From Polyangiales bacterium (GTDB lineage: Bacteria; Myxococcota_A; Polyangia; Polyangiales; Polyangiaceae), in contig JBBRNJ010000031.1 in assembly GCA_038230375.1 (NCBI GenBank), positions 27,663 to 91,662 of the forward strand: 64,000 nt of DNA, read 5' to 3'. Positions 1-8,184 of this stretch are shown piece by piece. The notes beneath the pieces were generated by a model, which saw only the letters and a program-made list of their open reading frames with translations, was not told where the DNA came from and did no database searches. Position 1 is the stretch's first letter. Each line of letters begins with the position of its first letter. The translations under genes were made by a program, and so were the position numbers.

Positions 1-156
1 ACGTTCACCAGCACCGGCGGCGTTCAGAGCGTCAGCGTCCACGGCGGCGCAGCTGGGAAGCCCGCCGAGCAGTGCATCAAGGGCGCGCTCTCCTCCGCGA
101 AGGTTCCGCCGTTCGCGGAGTCCACCTACACGGCGAACATCACCGTTCGTCACTGA
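1..156 (+). CDS. 3' end of a gene; TonB-C/AgmX-PglI-like C-terminal domain (partial)
   Basis: Frame 1 is open from the window edge: TFTSTGGVQSVSVHGGAAGKPAEQCIKGALSSAKVPPFAESTYTANITVRH*; the 'V..V.V......CI...L....PPF' pattern is typical of myxobacterial TonB-C-like domains. Confidence 0.6.
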   Translation, partial: TFTSTGGVQSVSVHGGAAGKPAEQCIKGALSSAKVPPFAESTYTANITVRH

Positions 157-199
157 CCGCCAGCGACCCTCGCAGTCGCCTGACAGTCGATACCGCGCC

Positions 200-241
200 A
201 ACGCGGCAGATCACGAGAGTGACTGCCGCGTTTCGCGTTTT
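200..241 (+). terminator. Probable intrinsic terminator hairpin
   Basis: AACGCGGCAG-A-TCAC GAGA GTGA-CTGCCGCGTT (200-232), GNRA loop, followed by TCGCGTTTT, downstream of the stop at 156. Confidence 0.5.
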
Positions 242-297
242 GTGAAATCGCTTCGGCTCTTCACGGAACGGCCGTGATCCCCTAACCTCCAGGCTGG

Positions 298-1053
298 ATG
301 CAACCCCTCGCCTGTCCCCAGTGCGGCGCGCCAGCGGCCGGTCAGGTCCCGCCGGGGATCACGATGCTCACGTGTCAGTACTGCAAGGCGACATACCCCG
401 CGCCGCAGGCGAACATGTACCCGCCGCCGCAGCAGCAGTACGGGCAGGGACCGCAGTCGCAGCAGATCCCGCAGATCGTGATCATGCACACGCACAGCTC
501 GTACGACGACTCGGGCTACCAGGTCGCAAACGCCTTCAACTGGTCGTTCTGGATGGTCCGCGGCGTCTTGCCGTTCATCGTCGTCCTCATGGTTGGCGGC
601 TCCAGCGTCGCGTTCTCGCTCATGGGCAAGAGCTCGATGGCCTCCGCGTTCGTGTGGGACGGCACCGCGCCGTTCGACTGCGGCGGGGTGGATGAGGTGA
701 CCGTCACGGGCGTGAAGGCCACGTTCACCGCGGGTACCGCCATCACGGTGAGCGGTAACTGCAAGTTCACCTGCACCGACTGCAACATCAAGGCGCCCAC
801 CGCGATCCAGGTCGACAGCAACGGCAGCGTGACGATGATCAACGGGTCCGTCGTGGGCACCGACGTGCTCGCGGACGCCTCCGGCAACGCGCACGTCAGC
901 ATCAACGGCAACGTCACCGCCTCCGGCGAGGTCCGTCAGTCGGGCAACGCGCACGTCAACGCGCCCAAGCCGCCGCCTGCCCCGGTGAAGCCTGCCGCGG
1001 TTGCCCCCACGCCCACCCCCGCAGCCAAGCCCGGCGTAAAACCGAAACACTGA
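298..1053 (+). CDS. Zinc-ribbon membrane protein with a C-terminal beta-solenoid (DUF2807/GIN-like) domain
   Basis: CPQCG..CQYC N-terminus, Q/P linker, one TM helix, SGNAHV repeats, Pro/Lys tail. Confidence 0.7.
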   Translation: MQPLACPQCGAPAAGQVPPGITMLTCQYCKATYPAPQANMYPPPQQQYGQGPQSQQIPQIVIMHTHSSYDDSGYQVANAFNWSFWMVRGVLPFIVVLMVGGSSVAFSLMGKSSMASAFVWDGTAPFDCGGVDEVTVTGVKATFTAGTAITVSGNCKFTCTDCNIKAPTAIQVDSNGSVTMINGSVVGTDVLADASGNAHVSINGNVTASGEVRQSGNAHVNAPKPPPAPVKPAAVAPTPTPAAKPGVKPKH

Positions 1054-1116
1054 TTGACTCCCTGGCCGCACGGGCTAAAAGCCCCTGCTCGTCCGAGCTT
1101 CCCCGAGAGAACAGCC

Positions 1117-1296
1117 ATGGTTTCCTCTACCCAGCAATATTCCCGCATCCGCCGCCGCAAGCAGACCACCAACGGCAAGCGCAACAAGCGTGAGCTTCGC
1201 GCGGCCGGCACGCCGATCTTCCCCGTGCATCCCGAGGGTTACAACCCGAAGGCTGCCGACGCGAAGCCGGTCGCAGCGAAGCCCGTCGGCAAGTAA
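1117..1296 (+). CDS. Small, highly basic hypothetical protein (59 aa)
   Basis: ATG 1117 after GAGAG; MVSSTQQYSRIRRRKQTTNGKRNKRELRAAGTPIFPVHP...; GC3-rich codons. Confidence 0.7.
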   Translation: MVSSTQQYSRIRRRKQTTNGKRNKRELRAAGTPIFPVHPEGYNPKAADAKPVAAKPVGK

Positions 1297-1364
1297 TCCG
1301 TCCGTCAGGGGCAGGTCGGGGCAGTGCCATGAGGCTCTGAGCGGGGATGGCCGTCACGAGCGAC

Positions 1365-1604
1365 CTACACGACGTGTGCGAGGATGACGCCGAGCGCGTA
1401 CGCCACGAGCGACCCCAACCACGCGCGCGCCCACGGCTTCATCTGCCCCTCCCACGCGAACAAGGCCGCGAGCGGTGAGCACACGAGGCCGAGCGCCGCG
1501 CGCCCGAAATCGCGCCTTCGAAGCAGCGTCCCGAAGATCGCCGCGTGGCAGACCACGTGCACGGCGAGCGAGAGCGTGAGCAATATCGTGAGCGCGTCTC
1601 TCAT
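1365..1604 (-). CDS. Small membrane protein (79 aa) coupled to cstA
   Basis: Three hydrophobic segments; the start overlaps the cstA stop (ATGA). Confidence 0.65.
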   Translation of the reverse strand: MRDALTILLTLSLAVHVVCHAAIFGTLLRRRDFGRAALGLVCSPLAALFAWEGQMKPWARAWLGSLVAYALGVILAHVV

Positions 1605-3694
1605 GGCACCGCCTTGGCGGCGGAGATGCCGCCCTTCTCACCGCGGAGCATGGCGATCCAGCGCAGGGCGCTTCCACCGATGACCATGGTCACGAAGACG
1701 ATCAGCGTGGTGGTCACACACGTGTTGATCAGACCGACCGTGAAGGTCTCCTTCTTCTCCATCATCGGCACATAGAGGATGCGAATCGACTCCACACCAG
1801 CGGCCAGCGTGGTGACGGCAATGAAGCAGAGCGGCCCCAGCGTGATCCACGCGTACGCGCGCTTCTTCCCCTCGCGCAGGATGATCGTGGTGGCCACTGC
1901 GAGCGCGGTGCACGCGAGCAGCTGATTCGCGACGCCGAACATGGGCCAGATGGTCTTGATCGAGCCAGTGAGGATGAAATAGCTCCATCCGCAGACGACG
2001 AGCGCCGAGGCCAGGATGCCGCCGGTGTGGCTCTTCGAGTCGCCGAGCGACGGCTTCGCGCGCGCAAGGAACTCCTGCATGAGGAAGCGGCCGATGCGCG
2101 TGCCCGTGTCGATGGTGGTGAGGATGAACAGCGCCTCGAACATGATCGCGAAGTGGTAGAAATACGCGAGCAGCTTGTTCATGCCGGGAAGCCCCGAGAA
2201 CACGCGCGCCATGCCCACCGCGAGCGACACGCCACCGCCGGTCCGCGTTGCCACCACCTCGTCGGAGGCGCGCGAGAGCGCTGGCAGCTCCTTCACGTGG
2301 ATGCCGAGGCGCAGGAAATCCGCGTCTTCCAGCGTGGTGGCGCGCTGCTCGTGCGCGTCCACATGATACCCAAGCTCCGCGAGCGCGCCGTTCGAGAGCG
2401 CGAGCATCTTGCTGGCAGGCGCCTTCATCTCGCGCGCGTTCGTGAGGTCGACCGCACCGGAGGTTTGATCCCTCTCGAGTCCAATCAGCGCCAGATCCTT
2501 CCCGGAGAAGACCTTGATGGCGCGCTGCAGCTCCGCGTCGTCGTGCGCAAGGCCTTCCTTGCCCGGTGCAGGCGCGACGATGGCGACCATGGGGTCGGTG
2601 TTGATCGCGACGTAGTCCTCCTGTGGCATCACGCACGCTGCGATGAGCGCCGTGATCCCGACCAGGCCCTCCATCAACATCGCGCCGTAGCCGATGGCGC
2701 GGCAGTCGCTCTCCTTCTTCACCATCTTGGGCGTGGTGCCGCTCGCGACCAGCGCGTGGAAGCCGCTGATGGCGCCGCATGCGATGGTGATGAACACGAA
2801 CGGAAAAAGCGGGCCCTTGATCACAGGGCCGCCGCCGTGGATGGCCGCCGTCACCCCAGGCATCTGGATCTCTGGGTTCACGACGATGACGCCGAGCACG
2901 AGCGCGCCAATGGTGCCGATCTTCAGGTAGCTGGAGAGATAGTCGCGCGGGCACAGCAGCATCCACACGGGCAGCACGCTCGCGACGAAGCCATAGGCGC
3001 CCATGATGAGCGTGAGCTGCACGCGCGTCATGCGCAGGTGCTCGCCCGCTGCTGAGTCGCCGAAGGTCTTTCCGTAGATGAGCGCAGCGAAGAGCAGCAC
3101 CACGCCGACGACGGACGCCTCGCGGATGCCGCGGTCGGAGCCACTGCGAACCTTGTAGATGTAGAGGCCCATCGCGAGCGCGATCGGGATGGAAGCACCG
3201 ACCGTGAAGACGCCCCATGCGCTCTCCGACAGCGCGCCCACGACCACGTTGCCGAGCCCCGCGAGCGCGATGACCACGATGAAGAGGATCGCGATGGATG
3301 TGACAAGGCCGAGCACGGGCCCGAGCTCCGCGCGCGCGATCTCCGCGAGCGACTTCCCCTGGCGACGCGTGGACGAGACCAGGATGACGAAGTCGTGCAC
3401 CGAGCCGCCGAGCACCACGCCGAAGAGGATCCAGAAGAAGCCCGGATAGAAGCCAAACTGCGCGGCGAGCACCGGCCCGATGAGCGGCCCCGCGCCCGTG
3501 ATGGCCGCGAAGTGGTGACCGAAGAGGACCCACTTGTTGGTGGGGTGGTAGTTCTGGCCGTCGTTCAGCGTGCACGCAGGTGTCGCGCGAGCGTCGTCGA
3601 GCACGAGCACCTTCGCGGCGATGAACGCCGAGTAGTACCGGTACGCAATGGCGAGCACCATGAGCGCGCCGATCATCCAAATGGCTGCGTGCAT
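1601..3694 (-). CDS. cstA: Carbon starvation protein A family transporter
   Basis: FGHHFAAITGAGPLIGPVLAAQFG, PRDYLS, TIACGAISGFHAL, FILTTIDTGTR and IWPMFGVANQLLA motifs; start placed at MHAAIW. Confidence 0.95.
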   Translation of the reverse strand: MHAAIWMIGALMVLAIAYRYYSAFIAAKVLVLDDARATPACTLNDGQNYHPTNKWVLFGHHFAAITGAGPLIGPVLAAQFGFYPGFFWILFGVVLGGSVHDFVILVSSTRRQGKSLAEIARAELGPVLGLVTSIAILFIVVIALAGLGNVVVGALSESAWGVFTVGASIPIALAMGLYIYKVRSGSDRGIREASVVGVVLLFAALIYGKTFGDSAAGEHLRMTRVQLTLIMGAYGFVASVLPVWMLLCPRDYLSSYLKIGTIGALVLGVIVVNPEIQMPGVTAAIHGGGPVIKGPLFPFVFITIACGAISGFHALVASGTTPKMVKKESDCRAIGYGAMLMEGLVGITALIAACVMPQEDYVAINTDPMVAIVAPAPGKEGLAHDDAELQRAIKVFSGKDLALIGLERDQTSGAVDLTNAREMKAPASKMLALSNGALAELGYHVDAHEQRATTLEDADFLRLGIHVKELPALSRASDEVVATRTGGGVSLAVGMARVFSGLPGMNKLLAYFYHFAIMFEALFILTTIDTGTRIGRFLMQEFLARAKPSLGDSKSHTGGILASALVVCGWSYFILTGSIKTIWPMFGVANQLLACTALAVATTIILREGKKRAYAWITLGPLCFIAVTTLAAGVESIRILYVPMMEKKETFTVGLINTCVTTTLIVFVTMVIGGSALRWIAMLRGEKGGISAAKAVP

Positions 3695-3849
3695 CCCGTT
3701 GAGACGGACCATACCACGCGGCTCGCGGCCGTTCCTGCGGCGCCTGAACAAGCGCCTCCCTACGCCACGCCACGCCATCTGGGGATGAGGAGCAGGGCGG
3801 AATCTGGAGCGTTACCGACCTGCGCAACCCGTGTTACGTTTCCTCGCCA

Positions 3850-5085
3850 GTGGCCATCGACCCCGGCACCATCATCAGCGAGAAGTACCGCATCGTGCGG
3901 CTCGTGGACGAGCGCGGCGTTGGCGCCGTGTACGAGGGTCGCATGCTGCGTGGCGACGGTCGCGTGGCCATCAAGGTGCTCCGTCGGAAGTTCTCCGAAG
4001 ACAAGGAGTGGATCGCCCGCTTCGAGCGCGAAACAGCCGTTGCGGCGCGCATGTCGTCGGCGCGCCTGGCGCGCTTCCTGGACGTGGGCGTGCTGCCGGA
4101 CCGGCGCCGCTACATGGTGATGGAATACCTGGAGGGCGAGAAGCTCTCGACCCGCATGGAGCGCGTCGTCCACATGCAGCCGAAGGTCATGGTCGACCTG
4201 GTCCTGCAACTCATGGAGGCGCTACGGCAGGTGCACGAGGCGAAGATCGTCCATCGAGGCATCTCGCCCACCGCCGTCTTCCTCCAGAAGATGGGCCGGC
4301 TCGACTACGTCTGCCTCCTCGACTTCGGGGTCTGCAAGGACATGACGGACAAGCTCCGCGACATCAATACCGCGCAGGGCCGCCTCCTCAGCAGCGTCGC
4401 ATACTCGGCCCCGGAGGCGCTCGCGCGTGGCTCGCGTCAGGCAGATCATCGCGCGGACCTCTTCTCGGTCGGTGTGCTCCTCTATCGCGGCATCGCCGCC
4501 GTGGCGCCGTTCCCCGCTCAAGAGCCGCAGGAGCTCCTCGACCGCCTCCGTGCGGGACCGCCCATGCCCCTCTCGCAGGCCGCGGATGGTCGCGTCGACG
4601 ATGTGCTCAGCGACATCGTGCAGCATGCACTCGAGCGCACGCCCGAGGCGCGCTTCCAGAGCGCGGAGGAGATGGCCGACGCGCTCAACGCATGGATGCT
4701 GACCGCGATCCCGATGCCGAGCGTGAGACCACCGATCAGCGTGAGACCGCCAGCGAGTTTGCCCGCGCCGCCCAGCCTGCCCTCACCGATCAGCGCCATC
4801 CCTTCCACCAGCGCATACCCACCGCCGAGCGTCGGAAGGGGAGGCACCGTGCGCCTGCCCACCAGCGAGCTCCAGGCTCGGACAAGGCCGCCGCCGCCCA
4901 TGCCGGCGGATGAAGAAGAAGACACGATCACGACCGAGCTACAGCCGCCCCCGAAGGGCCCGAAGGGCCCGACGCGAACCATTCGCATGAAGCTGAATCC
5001 TTCGCCGCCTGCACCGCCCGTGTCGCAGCCGCCTTCGTCCGCGCAGCCGGAGCCGGCCACGGTGCACCGCCCCCGCAAGCGCTGA
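3850..5085 (+). CDS. Hanks-type Ser/Thr kinase domain protein, probably a pseudokinase, with a Pro-rich tail
   Basis: VAIK, DFG, APE and D(L)FSVG are present; the catalytic loop reads HRGISPTAV. Confidence 0.9.
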   Translation: MAIDPGTIISEKYRIVRLVDERGVGAVYEGRMLRGDGRVAIKVLRRKFSEDKEWIARFERETAVAARMSSARLARFLDVGVLPDRRRYMVMEYLEGEKLSTRMERVVHMQPKVMVDLVLQLMEALRQVHEAKIVHRGISPTAVFLQKMGRLDYVCLLDFGVCKDMTDKLRDINTAQGRLLSSVAYSAPEALARGSRQADHRADLFSVGVLLYRGIAAVAPFPAQEPQELLDRLRAGPPMPLSQAADGRVDDVLSDIVQHALERTPEARFQSAEEMADALNAWMLTAIPMPSVRPPISVRPPASLPAPPSLPSPISAIPSTSAYPPPSVGRGGTVRLPTSELQARTRPPPPMPADEEEDTITTELQPPPKGPKGPTRTIRMKLNPSPPAPPVSQPPSSAQPEPATVHRPRKR

Positions 5086-5114
5086 CATGGACGCTCGCAA
5101 GCGCTGACATGGAC
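5074..5114 (+). repeat. 19-bp direct repeat with 22-bp period at a gene junction
   Basis: CGCAAGCGCTGACATGGAC at 5074-5092 and 5096-5114. Confidence 0.9.
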
Positions 5115-6044
5115 CCCCGCCTTCCGCGCGTACGGGGCACCTTGGGCGCGCTCACCCTCATCGCGTCGCTGCTCGTTGCATGCGGCGCACGCACCGCGCT
5201 GCTCGCGCCAGAGGGGGATGGCACTGTGGGAGGCATTGGTGGCGCGGACGCCGACACCGAGGCGAACGCGGACGCGGCAGCGCTCACCGACGGGAGCTGC
5301 GTACGTGACCCGGACTGCGACGACGGGATCGCGTGCACCGTCGACGAATGCAACGCGGAAGGTCCTGGCTGCAAGAACACGCCGGTGAACGCGCGGTGTC
5401 CCGTCAGCCAGCTCTGCGATCCGGCTCTGGGCTGCGTCGCGCTCGCGTTCGCCGTGGACAAGGCATCGCTCTACGACATCCGGCTTCCTTCGGCGCACTA
5501 CACGCTGCTCGGCGGCACGGGTAACGCCAGCCTCACCGACGTCGCGCTTCATCCTGACAACATCCTCTACGGGATCAGCACCTCGGCGCTGTACACGCTG
5601 AACCAGGACACCGGCGCGCCCACGCAGGTCGCGCTTGTGCCAGAGGGGCTCAACGCGCTTGACGTCGCGCCCGACGGGACGCTGTACGGGGCGGGGAGCG
5701 GAACATTGTACGAGCTGGATCGGAAGACCGGGAAGGCAACGCCGCTCATCGCATTCCCGCCCGGCACGATCTCGTCCGGTGATCTCGTCTTCATCGGCCC
5801 GCGGCTCCTGGCATCCGCGAAGACGGCGACGGACGACGCGCTCGTGGAGCTAGACCTTGCGAAGAAGACGTCACGCGTCGTCGGCCAGATCGGCTACGGG
5901 TGCGTCTGGGGCATGGCCGCGTACGAAACGGATCTCTACGGCTTCACGTGCAACGGAGAGGTGCTCACCATCGACCCGGACACCGGAGCGAGCATGCTCA
6001 TCACCCAGAACGGCATCCATTTCGACGGCGCAAGCGCGCGGTAG
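5109..6044 (+). CDS. Lipoprotein with a Cys-rich module and a beta-propeller
   Basis: Lipobox LVAC; CDDGIACTVDEC motif; repeated 'LY.L...TG' blades; ends GASAR. Confidence 0.8.
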   Translation: MDPRLPRVRGTLGALTLIASLLVACGARTALLAPEGDGTVGGIGGADADTEANADAAALTDGSCVRDPDCDDGIACTVDECNAEGPGCKNTPVNARCPVSQLCDPALGCVALAFAVDKASLYDIRLPSAHYTLLGGTGNASLTDVALHPDNILYGISTSALYTLNQDTGAPTQVALVPEGLNALDVAPDGTLYGAGSGTLYELDRKTGKATPLIAFPPGTISSGDLVFIGPRLLASAKTATDDALVELDLAKKTSRVVGQIGYGCVWGMAAYETDLYGFTCNGEVLTIDPDTGASMLITQNGIHFDGASAR

Positions 6045-6049
6045 AGGGG

Positions 6050-7240
6050 CTACTCCCCGCCGCAGGCTTCGATGTCGGCTGTTCGCGCTTCCAGCGTTGC
6101 TCCCGGTACTGGCGCGATGTCTCGTGGTGACATCACGTCTACCGTGACGTACTCGCCGCGGGGCTCACCGTAGCGGAGGTCCACGTCCTTGAGCACGAGG
6201 ATGGGTACCCTCTTGGGTGCGCCCACGATGCGCGATGCGAGCAGCGTGATCGACTCCTTGCAGTGGACGTTCTTGCGGAGCACCTCCGTGGCGGGATTGC
6301 TCTCCGCTGGACCCGGCCCCGAGGAGAGCACTCCGCCCATCACCATGTTGCTCGAGCCAAGCTGCGTCAGCATGTCCATGCGGATGCTGTCCAGCATCTG
6401 AGCCAGGGGCACGACCGTGAGCCCCGTGTCCTTCACCCATGCGACCATGCGCGCGTGCCCGTCGCGGACCAGGACACGGAGGTAGCCGCGTTGCTTTCCG
6501 ATCACCGCAAGCTCGTGCTGCTGCCCCTGCGGGTCCGCGGGTGGGACCGTGACGGCGAGCGCTGGACCGCCGGGGGTCGCGGAGAGCTCGCGCGGCTTCC
6601 GACCAAGCTGCACGCTTCCGATCGTCGTGTCTGGGCCCGGCTCGAAGTAGACATCATCCATCGTCAGCGTGTCGCACGGGACCTCGGCCGGCACGAGCGG
6701 CGTGAGGAAGCGCAGGCCGTCCACGGTGGGCGGAGGCACGAGGATCTTTCCATGCGAGGCGCCTGCGGGGTGCACGTTCTCGGAACGCGGGATCACCAGG
6801 ATTTCTCCGAATGGAATGTCACGCGACGCGACGAGCTCGTCGCTCGCTGGATAGCCCCGCGCGCGCAGCCGGATACCCGTGAGCTCGATGAACTGCGTTC
6901 CCCTGGTGGTGATCGCCAGGCGCGAGGCCATGCCAGTTGGCCCCACAGCGACGAGGTCCGCGCCACCGTCAGGAGACGCGCGCAGCGTGATCTTGCGAGA
7001 CGCGGGGTTCGTGTACGAGCACGCGACGTCGCTCGGCATCATCGCGAGCATGAGCGGAGGGCTCTCGTTTGGGCGCACGCGCGGCGCGCCGACATCCACA
7101 GCGGAAGATACGGGCGCGACCGTCGCGACCTCGAGCGGCGCGGGCTCGACCCTGGGCTCATGGGTCGCGCCAGCGCAGCCGGAGGTGAGCAGAGCAGCGC
7201 CGAAGCTCACGGTGACGAACCGACCCATGCGATCGATCAT
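6050..7240 (-). CDS. Hypothetical lipoprotein
   Basis: Lipobox-like LTSGC; the start overlaps the upstream DMT stop; alternative start at 7228. Confidence 0.7.
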   Translation of the reverse strand: MIDRMGRFVTVSFGAALLTSGCAGATHEPRVEPAPLEVATVAPVSSAVDVGAPRVRPNESPPLMLAMMPSDVACSYTNPASRKITLRASPDGGADLVAVGPTGMASRLAITTRGTQFIELTGIRLRARGYPASDELVASRDIPFGEILVIPRSENVHPAGASHGKILVPPPTVDGLRFLTPLVPAEVPCDTLTMDDVYFEPGPDTTIGSVQLGRKPRELSATPGGPALAVTVPPADPQGQQHELAVIGKQRGYLRVLVRDGHARMVAWVKDTGLTVVPLAQMLDSIRMDMLTQLGSSNMVMGGVLSSGPGPAESNPATEVLRKNVHCKESITLLASRIVGAPKRVPILVLKDVDLRYGEPRGEYVTVDVMSPRDIAPVPGATLEARTADIEACGGE

Positions 7241-8133
7241 AGGCCCGGCTCTGGCGCAGTCGAAGGCTTCTTCGTGAGCACTGGATACGCAAGGACCACG
7301 ACCAGGATGATGGCGACGCCCGCGTAGAACGAGAGCCCGAGTTCGCGCTGCTCACCCAGGAGCACGATCGCCAGGAGGATTGCGTAGACGGGCTCCAGAT
7401 TGACGGCGAGCTGGGTCGCGAACGCCGAGAGCTCCCGGAGTGCGTAGAGCGCGAGCGTGAAAGGCAAGAGCGTGCACACCATGGAGAGGAGCACGAGCAG
7501 CCGCACGTCGTGCAACGAGGGCACGGGCCACGCTGGCCCCTCGTGCGGCACCACCAGCGCGACCACACCTAGGAGCACGGCGCCCGAGCCCAGCTCGATC
7601 GCAGTCATGGTCATCGCGTCGCACTTGTCCACGAGGCGCTTGTTGACCGCGGAGAACAGCGCAACGAAGAACGCAGAGACCACGCCTGCGAGCAGCCCGG
7701 CGCGCATACCCAGCGGAATGCCACCGACCACGAGCGCCACGCCGGGCACCACGGCAACGCCCATGAGGAGCTCACGCACCTCGAACGGGCGCTTCGCGAT
7801 GAATGGCTCCACCACCGCGAGGAACACAGGGCCGAGCGCGATCGTCGTCGCCGCCACCGATGCATTCGCGAGCTTCACGGAGCCGTAGAAGGACAGCCAG
7901 TGCAGGGCCACGAGCATGCCGGCCCCCACGCACGAGAGCACGACCTTCCGGGAGAGGGCGCGCGCCGACCGACGCACGCGCGGTACGAACGCAAGCACGA
8001 ACGCCACGAGCAGCATCCGGTAGAAGACGAGCGGCAGCGCGGGCAGCGTGATGAGCTTCCCGAGGATGGCGGTGAAACCCCACAGGACCACGCAGAAGTG
8101 GATCGTGAGCTGCGCTTTCGTCCTGCGGGTCAA
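7237..8133 (-). CDS. DMT/EamA family transporter
   Basis: About 10 TM helices; LWGFTAILGKLI, HWLSFYGSVK and NLEPVYAI motifs. Confidence 0.9.
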   Translation of the reverse strand: MTRRTKAQLTIHFCVVLWGFTAILGKLITLPALPLVFYRMLLVAFVLAFVPRVRRSARALSRKVVLSCVGAGMLVALHWLSFYGSVKLANASVAATTIALGPVFLAVVEPFIAKRPFEVRELLMGVAVVPGVALVVGGIPLGMRAGLLAGVVSAFFVALFSAVNKRLVDKCDAMTMTAIELGSGAVLLGVVALVVPHEGPAWPVPSLHDVRLLVLLSMVCTLLPFTLALYALRELSAFATQLAVNLEPVYAILLAIVLLGEQRELGLSFYAGVAIILVVVLAYPVLTKKPSTAPEPGL

Positions 8134-8184
8134 CGGCCGCGCATCTTACTTCCGGCGGCTGCATGCCGCGCTAGAATCGACCCG

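Noticed and set aside
1638..3827. Many long alternative-frame or antisense ORFs (e.g. 1638-3827, 13304-15043, 33859-35712, 55232-57487)
   Set aside because: They are Arg/Ala/Gly-rich shadows of real genes, expected when stops are scarce in high-GC DNA, and carry no motifs
7900..8184. Long N-terminal extensions in the ORF track (GH13, USP, LLM, recA, crotonase, M18, argF)
   Set aside because: They overlap neighbouring genes; downstream starts match the family N-termini better
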